Origin: an uncultured bacterium
GTDB lineage: Bacteria > Armatimonadota > UBA5829
Reading direction: 5' to 3'
DNA: 50,282 nucleotides
NCBI GenBank assembly: GCA_964431685.1
Contig: CAYSLA010000005.1
Coordinates: 1 to 50,282 of the forward strand
The notes under the pieces were generated by a model. The model made no database searches, was not told the origin of the DNA, and worked only from the letters and a program-made list of their open reading frames with translations. The translations under genes and the position numbers were made by a program. Numbering within the stretch: the stretch's first letter is position 1; each line of letters opens with the position of its first letter. This document shows positions 1 through 8,470 of the stretch, piece after piece.

Positions 1-5
1 AAAAC

Positions 6-81
6 TGGCTCCCCCGCCTGGACTCGAACCAGGAACCTACTGGTTAACAGCCAGCCGCTCTGCCGATTGAGCTACAGGGGA
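6..81 (-). tRNA. tRNA-Asn (anticodon GUU), CCA encoded
   Basis: The reverse complement folds as a cloverleaf. Acceptor TCCCCTG/CGGGGGA, D-arm GCTC-AATCGGCA-GAGC, anticodon loop CT-GTT-AA, T-arm CCTGG-TTCGAGT-CCAGG, discriminator G plus CCA. Same layout as E. coli tRNA-Asn. Confidence 0.9.
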
Positions 82-95
82 GCGCTAACGTGTTG

Positions 96-125
96 ATTAT
101 ACCAGATATCCGTGGAGACCGTCAA
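96..125 (-). promoter_or_regulatory. sigma70-like promoter for tRNA-Asn
   Basis: The minus strand reads TTGACG, an 18-nt spacer, then TGGTATAAT (extended -10). It ends about 15 nt upstream of the mature tRNA 5' end. Confidence 0.5.
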
Positions 126-244
126 CTACTTCTTTCTGACTGCCCTGCAAGATTCCGCTTTTCCTCGCCACCAGGAAGATATCCCGTTCGTGGCCAGGCG
201 ATTGCGTCTGCAGCCGGTCCGAGAAGACCGGGGGCACGCACCGG

Positions 245-796
245 TCATCCTTTGATAGCACCCATCTGGATACCTTCCACGAAGTAACGCTGGCTCAGCA
301 GAAAGACCAGTATCACAGGTACAACCGCGACCACGGAAGCAGCCATCAACAGGGTCCAGTTTGTGCTATAAAGGCTCTGAAACGAGGCGAGTCCGACTGG
401 CAGAGTCTTCAGCTCAGTGGAATTGGTGACAATCAGCGGCCACATGTAACTGCCCCACGAGCCCATAAACGTAAAAGTCGTGAGCGTGGCCAGCGCCGGC
501 TTGGAAAGCGGCAGTATGACCTTCCAAAAGATGCCAAACAGTGACGCCCCGTCTATCTTGGCAGCGTCGTCAAGGTCACGAGGCAAACTCATGAAGAATT
601 GCCTGAGAAGAAACGTGCCATACGCGCTGAAGATGCCCGGGAGAATCAAGACGGTGTAGGTATCGATCAAGTGGAGCATCTTGCACAGTATGAAGACCGG
701 TATCATAGTCACGGAGCCCGGAATCATCATGGTTGCAAGATAGCCGAAGAACAGTTGTTCCCGGCCCGGAAACCGAAGCCTCGCAAACGCATAGCT
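245..796 (-). pseudogene. carbohydrate ABC transporter permease (MalG/UgpE-like), 5'-truncated fragment
   Basis: The ORF has permease C-terminal motifs (DDAAKIDGAS..FWKVILP, MMIPG..IP). The frame stays open and homologous upstream of the annotated Met (SYAFARLRFPGREQLFFGYLAT). It then hits a stop at 797-799, so the N-terminal ~100 aa and any start are missing. Confidence 0.85.
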
Positions 797-1166
797 TCAC
801 TCCACCTGCTCACATATACTCCGTTCAATCTCAGAACAGTATCATTCAGGTATCCGACAAAATATCGCCTATATAAGCTTCATAACGTGGATAATGTAAG
901 CAAACTCGAATATCATACTCCTTTCCTGGCCGTATGTGCAAGCGCCGTCTGTTGCAGAGGGCGTAGCCTATGAGCGTATGGATCGGGGAGGAAGTGTAAT
1001 TTCGGTTGAGACCAATGTGCCGCGCAGCCTGCCGTCGCCACATATGCCCATCGACAGGTACCCGTCCCCAGTTCGTTCATACAAGTGCTGATACAGGGTC
1101 CCGCACACTCGGAACCAGCTCCGGGACTGCAAATCCCGGACCATCGTCTATGCTACGGGACGGTTC

Positions 1167-1244
1167 TCGTCCCGTAGCAGGTGGGAGCATCCGGAGACAC
1201 GGGGTATGCTTCGGTGACTGGTCTTCGTCCCGAAGCAGGTGGGG
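1167..1244 (+). repeat. direct repeat TCGTCCCG[T/A]AGCAGGTGGG, two copies 59 nt apart
   Basis: Copies at 1167-1185 and 1226-1244 differ at one base. The first is the 3' arm of hairpin CTACGGGAC-ggttctc-GTCCCGTAG (1153-1177). Confidence 0.6.
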
Positions 1245-1420
1245 CCAGGCGCTGTAGTTGCATTCACGATCGGGCGTGTGCGATAATCACGGGCACGGGT
1301 CAAGGGCGAAGCAATACGGAAGGCATGGGAGTTCTCAAGCGCGGCGTGGTACTCGGGAAGCGCATCCCCCATCATGCTCGATGAATTCGAGGTGTAGTTG
1401 CGATGACTTTGTGCTGAACC

Positions 1421-1448
1421 GCGTCGGGACGAAAACCAGTCCCGACGC
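1421..1448 (-). terminator. possible terminator hairpin downstream of the lyase-like gene
   Basis: GCGTCGGGAC-gaaaacca-GTCCCGACGC, a 10-bp perfect stem 19 nt past the stop at 1467. There is no clear U-tract, hence the low confidence. Confidence 0.35.
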
Positions 1449-1466
1449 ATATAGAACACAGATTGG

Positions 1467-3401
1467 TCAACTTGCGCCGCCATCAAGGACGGCTAGCGAA
1501 TCGCCCGAAGGCACGATGACGGGCTGGTAGCCGTTTGCGCTCAGTTCCCACGCTGAGAACGTGCGCAGTCCCGAGGTGTGTTCCGCCGGACAATCATCTT
1601 GGCTTCCACTACCTGCGAGGTTGAACCGCCAGTCATCGGCTGCCAGACCTCCCCCAACTCGGAACCCAAACAGAAACTCGAACCGTTCAGAAGCGGGAAA
1701 CGGCGAGAAACTTCGATACTTCACGGACTGGACCTCAGTGGCCAGACTGTCGGAGCCTGGGTAGCAGCTTGTGCGAACGGCATCAGTCACTCGCCAGCCC
1801 GAACTCTTCTCAGGCAGGAATGGTACGCAAGACATTCGCACACCTGCGTTTTCGATGAAGGTCGTGTCCCCTTCGCTCCAAGCTGTTCCAGCGTGGTGCA
1901 TCAGCCACTCAATCCTTCCCGGCGTCCCCGCACATTCCACAACATCGCGGACAACGACCACATCCGGCCAGAGAGCGACAACGGTGCGGATAAACTTCTT
2001 GAGCCTGGTGCCATAGGTCTTGGAAGCGTCGCACTCAATCATGCCAAAACCGTCTTCCTCTTCCACTCGAACTATGCACCCAGGGTAATCCTTACCCCAC
2101 ACCTGCCCCTGGCCGTCCACCAGCAGCGTGTTGTGACCTATGGTGGACGCGCCGTCAAAGTCCCACCTCGGACCGTCGAAATCAAAGAAGTCAAGCTGAG
2201 CGGAGTACGGCCAGAAGCCCTCGTCCCGGAGCAGAGTCTGTCCTGCAGCCTGAATGACGAACGAAGCCGCGTCGAGATGGCCGTGGCCAACGTCCGATGG
2301 TCCGCATTTTACGCCAACAAACATGTCATCTTTCTGCCATCCCGCGCGGACGGTGCCAACGCCTGTTCTGGGGAAGCGGAACGACTTCCGCCGGGGATGC
2401 TCGGAAGCGATATCTGGATCGTCCAGCGCCAGACCCAGCGGCGAGTCGATGGGAAACCATCGCGCACAGGCTAACCAGTCCGGCCTGTTGTTCTCCCTGG
2501 CCAAGAGCAGAAGCGCCTCGATTTCCCGTCGCCCGAGTTGCGTCCCGTTGTCGGCAAAGCCGTAGGTAGTAGCCGAAGGAGTCGAAAGCATCGCCGGGAA
2601 GTCGCCGGTGGCTTTGAGGGCTGGGTGCTGGTAAAGGTCTGCCGACCCGTCCGTCAGTCTTCGGAGCGCGGTGGCAAAACGCAGCCCCATGTGGAGCGTG
2701 CCAAACCAGTATCCGACGCCCTCCGGCCAATCCCCCTCGGGGGGAACCATGTCGAGGATCTCACATACACCGGCGACACACTCGCTGAGCGCCTCCGCGG
2801 CCTCCGGCCAGTAATTCGCGAACTCACAGATGGCAAGACCAGACTCTCCGAAGCACATTATCTTCCAGTTGCTCTCCAGACCAGCCTTTGACCACCATTC
2901 CACTCGACCGCGGATGGCGGATAGACAAAGATCGAAGAAAGGCCTTCGCAGGTCACTGGCGAGTTGCGCGCTCTCTTGCGCAGTATAGCACGCTCCGAGA
3001 TAGTCGTGCACCATTGCGATGTGAGCGGCGACGTTGGCGATGCAATGATCCATATATAGGCACGTGTGATGCCAGGGGAACTTCCAGGAATCTCTGAGCA
3101 AGAGCGCGTCAACCCTGCGTTTGGCCCAGTCGGCATAAGCTGGTTCTGACGTCAGAAGATAGCCCTCGGCCACATCAGCGGCCTCTTGCGCGTGTATGTG
3201 TGAATCGTAACGAACAGACAAGTCATCCAGTCCGTCAAACTCCGCGGACGACCGCACGATGGAGTCGCAGCGAGCCCTGACATTCTCGATCAGACCCTCA
3301 CGCCGCCGCGCGCGCTCCCTGATCAGGGGAGTCAGCTCTGCATCGAAAAGCAGCCCCCCTCCGTTCGTCAGACTCGGACCATCGGCGAGAGCGTATGACA
3401 T
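1467..3401 (-). CDS. heparinase II/III-like polysaccharide lyase family protein
   Basis: 644-aa intact ORF. Motifs include GHGHLDAASF and GHNTLLVDG typical of the heparinase II/III C-terminal domain, preceded by an alpha/alpha-toroid-like N-terminal half. Confidence 0.7.
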   Translation of the reverse strand: MSYALADGPSLTNGGGLLFDAELTPLIRERARRREGLIENVRARCDSIVRSSAEFDGLDDLSVRYDSHIHAQEAADVAEGYLLTSEPAYADWAKRRVDALLLRDSWKFPWHHTCLYMDHCIANVAAHIAMVHDYLGACYTAQESAQLASDLRRPFFDLCLSAIRGRVEWWSKAGLESNWKIMCFGESGLAICEFANYWPEAAEALSECVAGVCEILDMVPPEGDWPEGVGYWFGTLHMGLRFATALRRLTDGSADLYQHPALKATGDFPAMLSTPSATTYGFADNGTQLGRREIEALLLLARENNRPDWLACARWFPIDSPLGLALDDPDIASEHPRRKSFRFPRTGVGTVRAGWQKDDMFVGVKCGPSDVGHGHLDAASFVIQAAGQTLLRDEGFWPYSAQLDFFDFDGPRWDFDGASTIGHNTLLVDGQGQVWGKDYPGCIVRVEEEDGFGMIECDASKTYGTRLKKFIRTVVALWPDVVVVRDVVECAGTPGRIEWLMHHAGTAWSEGDTTFIENAGVRMSCVPFLPEKSSGWRVTDAVRTSCYPGSDSLATEVQSVKYRSFSPFPASERFEFLFGFRVGGGLAADDWRFNLAGSGSQDDCPAEHTSGLRTFSAWELSANGYQPVIVPSGDSLAVLDGGAS

Positions 3402-3672
3402 CGGTCAAAGCGTCTGTGTCGAATCTGGACATTAGAGTATCCCTTGCGGCTGTGTCAACCACCAACGCCGGTCTGGCCTGCAAAGCCGGATCACCGTTGT
3501 CTCAAATGCTAGTAGTATGTCCCATACTGGACACACAAGTCAATTCGTGCAACAAGACCTTTACTGCTTGCCGCCAAACTCTCACCCAGCTCATCCCCGC
3601 CTCAATCGCGTGACTGCGCGAAGGTGCTTCAGTCCGTTCGTAAGCGAGGACGCCCGATATGCAGGAAATCCA

Positions 3673-3701
3673 TTGACAACAGGCGAAAAGCATGGTATGT
3701 T
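3673..3701 (+). promoter_or_regulatory. candidate sigma70 promoter for the 3801 gene
   Basis: TTGACA (3673-3678), 17 nt, TATGTT (3696-3701), about 100 nt upstream of the ATG. The RBS AAGGAG is 6 nt upstream of that ATG. Confidence 0.4.
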
Positions 3702-3800
3702 GTACTTGACATAATCATATTATACAGCACAGTGAGGATAATGTGCTGCCTGCGCTGGGATATACAGAGGGCGGAAATACTGACCTGAAAAGGAGACGCG

Positions 3801-4985
3801 ATGTTTGCGGTTCGCAGCCTGTTATTGCGGTGGGTCGCTTTGGCTGTCGTTCTGGCTTGGCCCACTGCTGGGCAAACAGCTTTCTGGACGGGCAAGGGCG
3901 CCGTCGCAGTGAAGTACAACGATGACGGCACCTCCGCTGGTGTCACTGTTTCTGACGCCAGGATAGCCTCTGTGCAGTGGCTTATGTACGACTCCGGAAA
4001 GCTCTACGTCGTTGACTATGGCAGCGGCAAAGTCCTGCGATTCGACACCACAACGCGCGCGGTGGACCCCGCTTGGATCATCTCCGATACCACAAACAAA
4101 CCTCTGAGGATCGTTATTGGCCCGGACGGCAAGTTCTGTGTGGTGGTCGTCACGACTGGAGTCGGCAGGCAAGTGGCTCGCTACAATTCGGACGGAACAT
4201 TCGACAAGATCTTGATCACGAATGGCACGGCCACCGGCGAGGCGAGCGATCTTCACTGGGGCTCAAACGGCAAGTTGTATGTTATGGCCGGCGCCGACAG
4301 GAAGCTCTACCGGTTCAACGCTGACGGCACCTTCCTCGATACATTCGCCGACCTCGGCAGCATGTGGATGTTGAACCCAACAGATTTCACGTGGGATGAA
4401 TCCGGTCGAGTTTACATAGGCGACTACGCTGCCGGCAAGGGCATCGTTCGTCTGAAGGCTGACGGCTCCTATGACATCACCCTGGCTGACCCCGGCACAG
4501 GAGAGCACGCGTTGGGCTGGCTCAACGGCAGATTGGTGGCCAACCCGTCGGAAGGAATTAAAGTGTGGGACGAACCGACCAACACCTGGACAGATGTGCA
4601 AAGGCCACCGGTAAGCTGGACACAGGGAATGGCTGTCGAACCTACCACATTTCCGGAACCGGGTTGGATAAAGGTGCACGTAACGCTGTCGGATTTTGCG
4701 GGTGAAGCGTCTCTTAGTCCCGTCAAGATAGAGTTGATGCAGAGCGGCGTTTCAGTTGCCAGCGTGAGCGTCTTCTTGGACGGCAGTGGCAACTATATAT
4801 GGCCGAGACTCAACGCCGGCATCTACGAGGTAGCCGTCTCAGCGAATGGTTGGCTACGAAAGGTCGTGCCGGGTGTGATGGTAAGCGACGACTCCGAGAC
4901 TCTCTGCTCAGTCTCGCTGACCAACGGGGACGTTGACGGCGACAATGAGATAACAAGCACAGATCTAAGTGTTGCACTTGAGTGA
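3801..4985 (+). CDS. secreted NHL/beta-propeller repeat protein with CarboxypepD_reg-like and single dockerin-like C-terminal modules
   Basis: Signal peptide (LLLRWVALAVVLAWPTAG). Repeated blades of the form GKLYVxD...R[FY]NxDGTF. C-terminus ...YEVAVSANGWLRKV...NGDVDGDNEITSTD. Confidence 0.7.
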   Translation: MFAVRSLLLRWVALAVVLAWPTAGQTAFWTGKGAVAVKYNDDGTSAGVTVSDARIASVQWLMYDSGKLYVVDYGSGKVLRFDTTTRAVDPAWIISDTTNKPLRIVIGPDGKFCVVVVTTGVGRQVARYNSDGTFDKILITNGTATGEASDLHWGSNGKLYVMAGADRKLYRFNADGTFLDTFADLGSMWMLNPTDFTWDESGRVYIGDYAAGKGIVRLKADGSYDITLADPGTGEHALGWLNGRLVANPSEGIKVWDEPTNTWTDVQRPPVSWTQGMAVEPTTFPEPGWIKVHVTLSDFAGEASLSPVKIELMQSGVSVASVSVFLDGSGNYIWPRLNAGIYEVAVSANGWLRKVVPGVMVSDDSETLCSVSLTNGDVDGDNEITSTDLSVALE

Positions 4986-5008
4986 ATGTCGGCACACGGG
5001 AGAGTTTG

Positions 5009-8000
5009 ATGCGTGTTAGCAGGATACTCTTAGCGTTTGCAGCGGCCGCTGTGGGACTGTCCAGTCTGACTGCGTGCGCCGGCACCGCCTCCCTGACTGC
5101 CGGTGACCTCGGCCTGTCGCTCGACACTGCCAGCGGCCTTGTGCAGAGCACGGCTCTGTCCGGATATGTGTTCGCTGCGGGCATCAGAAAGCATGGTTTC
5201 TTTATAACAGATTTTGCCGCTGGTACGGCGCCGCAACCGGCAGAAGGAACGCTTTCGTATGACGGTGCGGGGCACCTGACCGGCACCCTCAGCACCGCCA
5301 GTTCACAGGTGCAAATAATCCCATCACTGAAAGCCGTTGGCAGTTACATCTCCTGCCGCGCCCGGGTACTGGACACCTCCAGCCCGCACCGCGACCGGGC
5401 CCTGGTAGTGTCTTTCCGGATCCCGCTGCACGCGGGAAGCGGTCTGTGGCAGTGGGACGATGATCTGCGAGCGTCTCGCACCATATTCTTGGAGGGACTG
5501 GGGGCGACCCTGGCAATCAACGGCAATGATGCAGAAGGCGAGAATTGCAGGCTGCTGGCGGGCGAGGTATATGACATAACCGCGTCGGGGTTTCCGCTTG
5601 TGTCTCAGGTGGTCGGACAGACAAGCGGATGGTGGGCTGACGCCGAGTTCGCGGAGTATTGGAGCGCACCGGGCTATCCCGGCGGCAACTTGTTGTATCG
5701 GATGGAGAAACCCTACAACGACTCAACGCTCTGGGACGTCCTCATCGACGGCTCGCCTGTGGACTGGCTGGGAAGCCCGGACGGTCAGACCTGGGCGCCT
5801 CACACTTATTCGCCTGACCATACCTACAAGTATAGCATTACCGGCACAGGCACGCTCGTCAATTTCTCGCGCCTCGATGCGCTACGTGACAACCGGAGCG
5901 GGAATCTGACACTGGATATCGTGCCGGCAAACCCGGAACTGTCCGAAGGCTACCCATACGAGACTACGCAGCTATACGGTTGGGACCCGCCGTACAGCCT
6001 GAACAGATACATATCCAAGTATCCTTTCTCATCAATGAGGTCAGACAACGCGGCAATATCGATGGCGATCCCCTTGTCCGAACCGCGTATCTACAAGTTC
6101 TCGTACGTACCTCTGCGTAATGGCGAAGGTTACCTCGAAGTCTCGTTCGAGATTGGGCTGTCGCCGGACCTCACGAAATCGCCGAACGAAGCAACAGTTG
6201 AGTTTATAATCTATGCCAACGACCCAGCCTGGGGTTTGCGGTCTGCGGCGCGGAACTACTATGACATCTATCCGGAGACCTTCCACAAGTATGCGAGTCG
6301 CGAGGGTATATGGCTGCTCGGACTGGACTGCGGAGCTGTGTCGGAGCCGTGGGACTTCGGCTTCATGTTCGATGAAGCTGCCACAGCGAGCGACGCTGAG
6401 CTGATCTATGACGACATATTCGACATATACGGGTTAAACTACATAGAACTCGGCGGCGTCTGGGCGGCTTTCACGGGCTACGACGACACTCCGAACGCCG
6501 CTTTCCCGTGGGAGGCAGGCGTGGGCTATGAGGAGCTCGAGACACAGTTCCTGTCCTGGCGCTATCAGAACCCTGCATTCTACGATGCGGTTGAGGCCTC
6601 GGCCCTCTGTGACAAGAATGGCAACTGGATATGGTCGCATTGGACGGATCAGTTTTTCTGGGCTGCAAAGGCTTCTCATCTCAAAGCGTCTCTGGACCCG
6701 GACATACCTGGCGGATACGGCTCCTGGCTTATGAACGCTGTGACGTCTACGCTGGAGAGCCTGGATGCAGGGGACGGCAAGACAGGCGGAGTATTCCTGG
6801 ACAGTCTGTCCGCCAGCATATCAGTGCAGTGGGAAGACTACCGTCGAGCGCATTGGGCATATTCCGACGCAGGGCTTACGTTCAGCCACGATACGAAGAC
6901 GCCGGTTTCGCTGCTCGGCGACGGCGAGTGGAAGTTCGTTCGCGACCTGTCGGCCTTCCTGCGAGCACGGGACAAGTTGATATTGGCCAACGTCTATCCA
7001 GTAGGAGACAAGTTCTTTCACCCGTTTCTGGATGCGTTCGGGATAGAGACTTTCGGTGGTACGTGCGGAGGAAGCTTCTGGCCGTATCTCAGGGTCATGG
7101 CCAACCAGAAGCCCGTGAGCTGGCTGGACTACTTCATGCTCTCCGACGACACGGCTCCTGAGTGGTTCAGCAGGGAAAGGGCAATGAATAACTGTCTTGC
7201 CTGGGGAATGTATCCCGGCACCGCCGACTTCATATACAACAATGCCGCAAATATCGAGGAAGCGAGACCAGTCTACAAAGAATGGATGCCCAGGATTCTC
7301 GAGGTGGGCAGCGCCGGGTGGCAGCCGATAACACTAGCCCAAAGCCCGACAGCAAACGTGTGGGTGGAACGGTTCGGCGACTTTGCCACAAACGGCGTGG
7401 TCTACTTCACAGTCTACTCCAATTGGGATTTCACCGGCAGCCAGGGCGAGATCTCCATCGATAGACAGGGGCTCGGAATCCCCGCAGGAGCGACCCTTAT
7501 CACGGAGGAGCTTACAACCGGCGACACGGTCAACTGGACCCAGGAAGACGGCGGGGCGAGAATGAAGACACAGGTAAGCCTGCCCGGGATTATGAGAACC
7601 CGAGCCATAAGGATCGCTACGCCGCAGGGCCTGTCGGGAGTCTGGGCTGCCAGGGGAGGCGAGTTCCTCCGCAGAGTGCACTCTCAGATGAAGTGGTTGA
7701 TCTACCAGGGCGCGCCGCGCGATCTGAAGTCGGCCATCGATTCACTGTTGCCTCAGGTCAAGGCGCTCGTTGAGCAGTGCGACGACGCTCTGGCAGCCAA
7801 CAATAGCAGGCCGCCGGAAGCTACCCTGATCAGTCTCAGAAACTCCGCCGCGGAGATGGTTGTGCTAATCGGACAATTGAGGCAGGATAACGAGTCGAGC
7901 GTGATCTGCCTGCAGCAGTGCCAGGTCGCACTCGAAGCATTTCAGAAAGCCATGGACCTGCTGCACTTCCTGCCGACTACCCCGACCGGCAGCCTGTCGG

Positions 8001-8470
8001 GACACGTGGAACTCGATTATAGCCTGCTCTGGCGAGAAGCACAGATAGAGATTATACCTGCAGCACAGGAAATGAGCATGGGTATCGTCCTCGGATCCCC
8101 GCTTCAGCAGGGGGCTCTGGCGAAGCGCTATGATCAAGAGATCGACAGTGGCGCTCTCTGGATGAGCAAGCCGCGGCGAGAGCAGTATAAGATGCTCTAC
8201 CAGTTACTGGACGAAACAGGCATACCGCTGCCGGAGATGGCTCTGAGATTCACGCTTTCGAACCCTGCGATATCGTGCGTCCTAAACGGCGCAAAGTCAT
8301 TGGAGGAAGTGGAGCAGAACGTGGCCGCGGCTGAGAAGGGGCCATTGCCTGATGATTTGCTGGGGCGTCTTGCTGAAATATACCAGATGGTCCCGTTCCG
8401 TCCTTACGAAGAACCGTTCGGGCTGCCGTTTGCGTGGCCCTATGCGGGACCAGGAGGTGCAGGCAGATGA
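5009..8470 (+). CDS. large lipoprotein of unknown function fused to the C-terminal half of an aldo/keto reductase
   Basis: The track ORF starts at GTG 4982. An internal ATG at 5009 gives MRVSRILLAFAAAAVGLSSLTAC with a lipobox (LTAC). The last ~170 aa (HVELDYSLLWRE...GIVLGSPLQQG...ALRFTLSNPAISCVLNGAKSLEEVEQNV) match the AKR C-terminal half. Confidence 0.65.
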   Translation: MRVSRILLAFAAAAVGLSSLTACAGTASLTAGDLGLSLDTASGLVQSTALSGYVFAAGIRKHGFFITDFAAGTAPQPAEGTLSYDGAGHLTGTLSTASSQVQIIPSLKAVGSYISCRARVLDTSSPHRDRALVVSFRIPLHAGSGLWQWDDDLRASRTIFLEGLGATLAINGNDAEGENCRLLAGEVYDITASGFPLVSQVVGQTSGWWADAEFAEYWSAPGYPGGNLLYRMEKPYNDSTLWDVLIDGSPVDWLGSPDGQTWAPHTYSPDHTYKYSITGTGTLVNFSRLDALRDNRSGNLTLDIVPANPELSEGYPYETTQLYGWDPPYSLNRYISKYPFSSMRSDNAAISMAIPLSEPRIYKFSYVPLRNGEGYLEVSFEIGLSPDLTKSPNEATVEFIIYANDPAWGLRSAARNYYDIYPETFHKYASREGIWLLGLDCGAVSEPWDFGFMFDEAATASDAELIYDDIFDIYGLNYIELGGVWAAFTGYDDTPNAAFPWEAGVGYEELETQFLSWRYQNPAFYDAVEASALCDKNGNWIWSHWTDQFFWAAKASHLKASLDPDIPGGYGSWLMNAVTSTLESLDAGDGKTGGVFLDSLSASISVQWEDYRRAHWAYSDAGLTFSHDTKTPVSLLGDGEWKFVRDLSAFLRARDKLILANVYPVGDKFFHPFLDAFGIETFGGTCGGSFWPYLRVMANQKPVSWLDYFMLSDDTAPEWFSRERAMNNCLAWGMYPGTADFIYNNAANIEEARPVYKEWMPRILEVGSAGWQPITLAQSPTANVWVERFGDFATNGVVYFTVYSNWDFTGSQGEISIDRQGLGIPAGATLITEELTTGDTVNWTQEDGGARMKTQVSLPGIMRTRAIRIATPQGLSGVWAARGGEFLRRVHSQMKWLIYQGAPRDLKSAIDSLLPQVKALVEQCDDALAANNSRPPEATLISLRNSAAEMVVLIGQLRQDNESSVICLQQCQVALEAFQKAMDLLHFLPTTPTGSLSGHVELDYSLLWREAQIEIIPAAQEMSMGIVLGSPLQQGALAKRYDQEIDSGALWMSKPRREQYKMLYQLLDETGIPLPEMALRFTLSNPAISCVLNGAKSLEEVEQNVAAAEKGPLPDDLLGRLAEIYQMVPFRPYEEPFGLPFAWPYAGPGGAGR

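Larger units (their letters stand above)
800..1466. other. unassigned non-coding block (AT-richer 800-960, then GC-rich hairpin-dense 1000-1466)
   Basis: No convincing ORF in any frame; the track ORFs here are short, overlapping and low-complexity. Several perfect 9-10 bp hairpins are present. The block abuts the truncated permease. Confidence 0.4.

Noticed and set aside
800-1466. Group II intron remnant, riboswitch, RNase P, tmRNA or SRP RNA in the hairpin-rich block
   Set aside because: I could not find the diagnostic sequences on either strand. These were GUGYG plus domain V, GGAAAGUCCGGGC, the B12 box, the TPP CUGAGA/ACCUGAU order, and a tmRNA tag with a tRNA-like end. The block is left unassigned rather than named.
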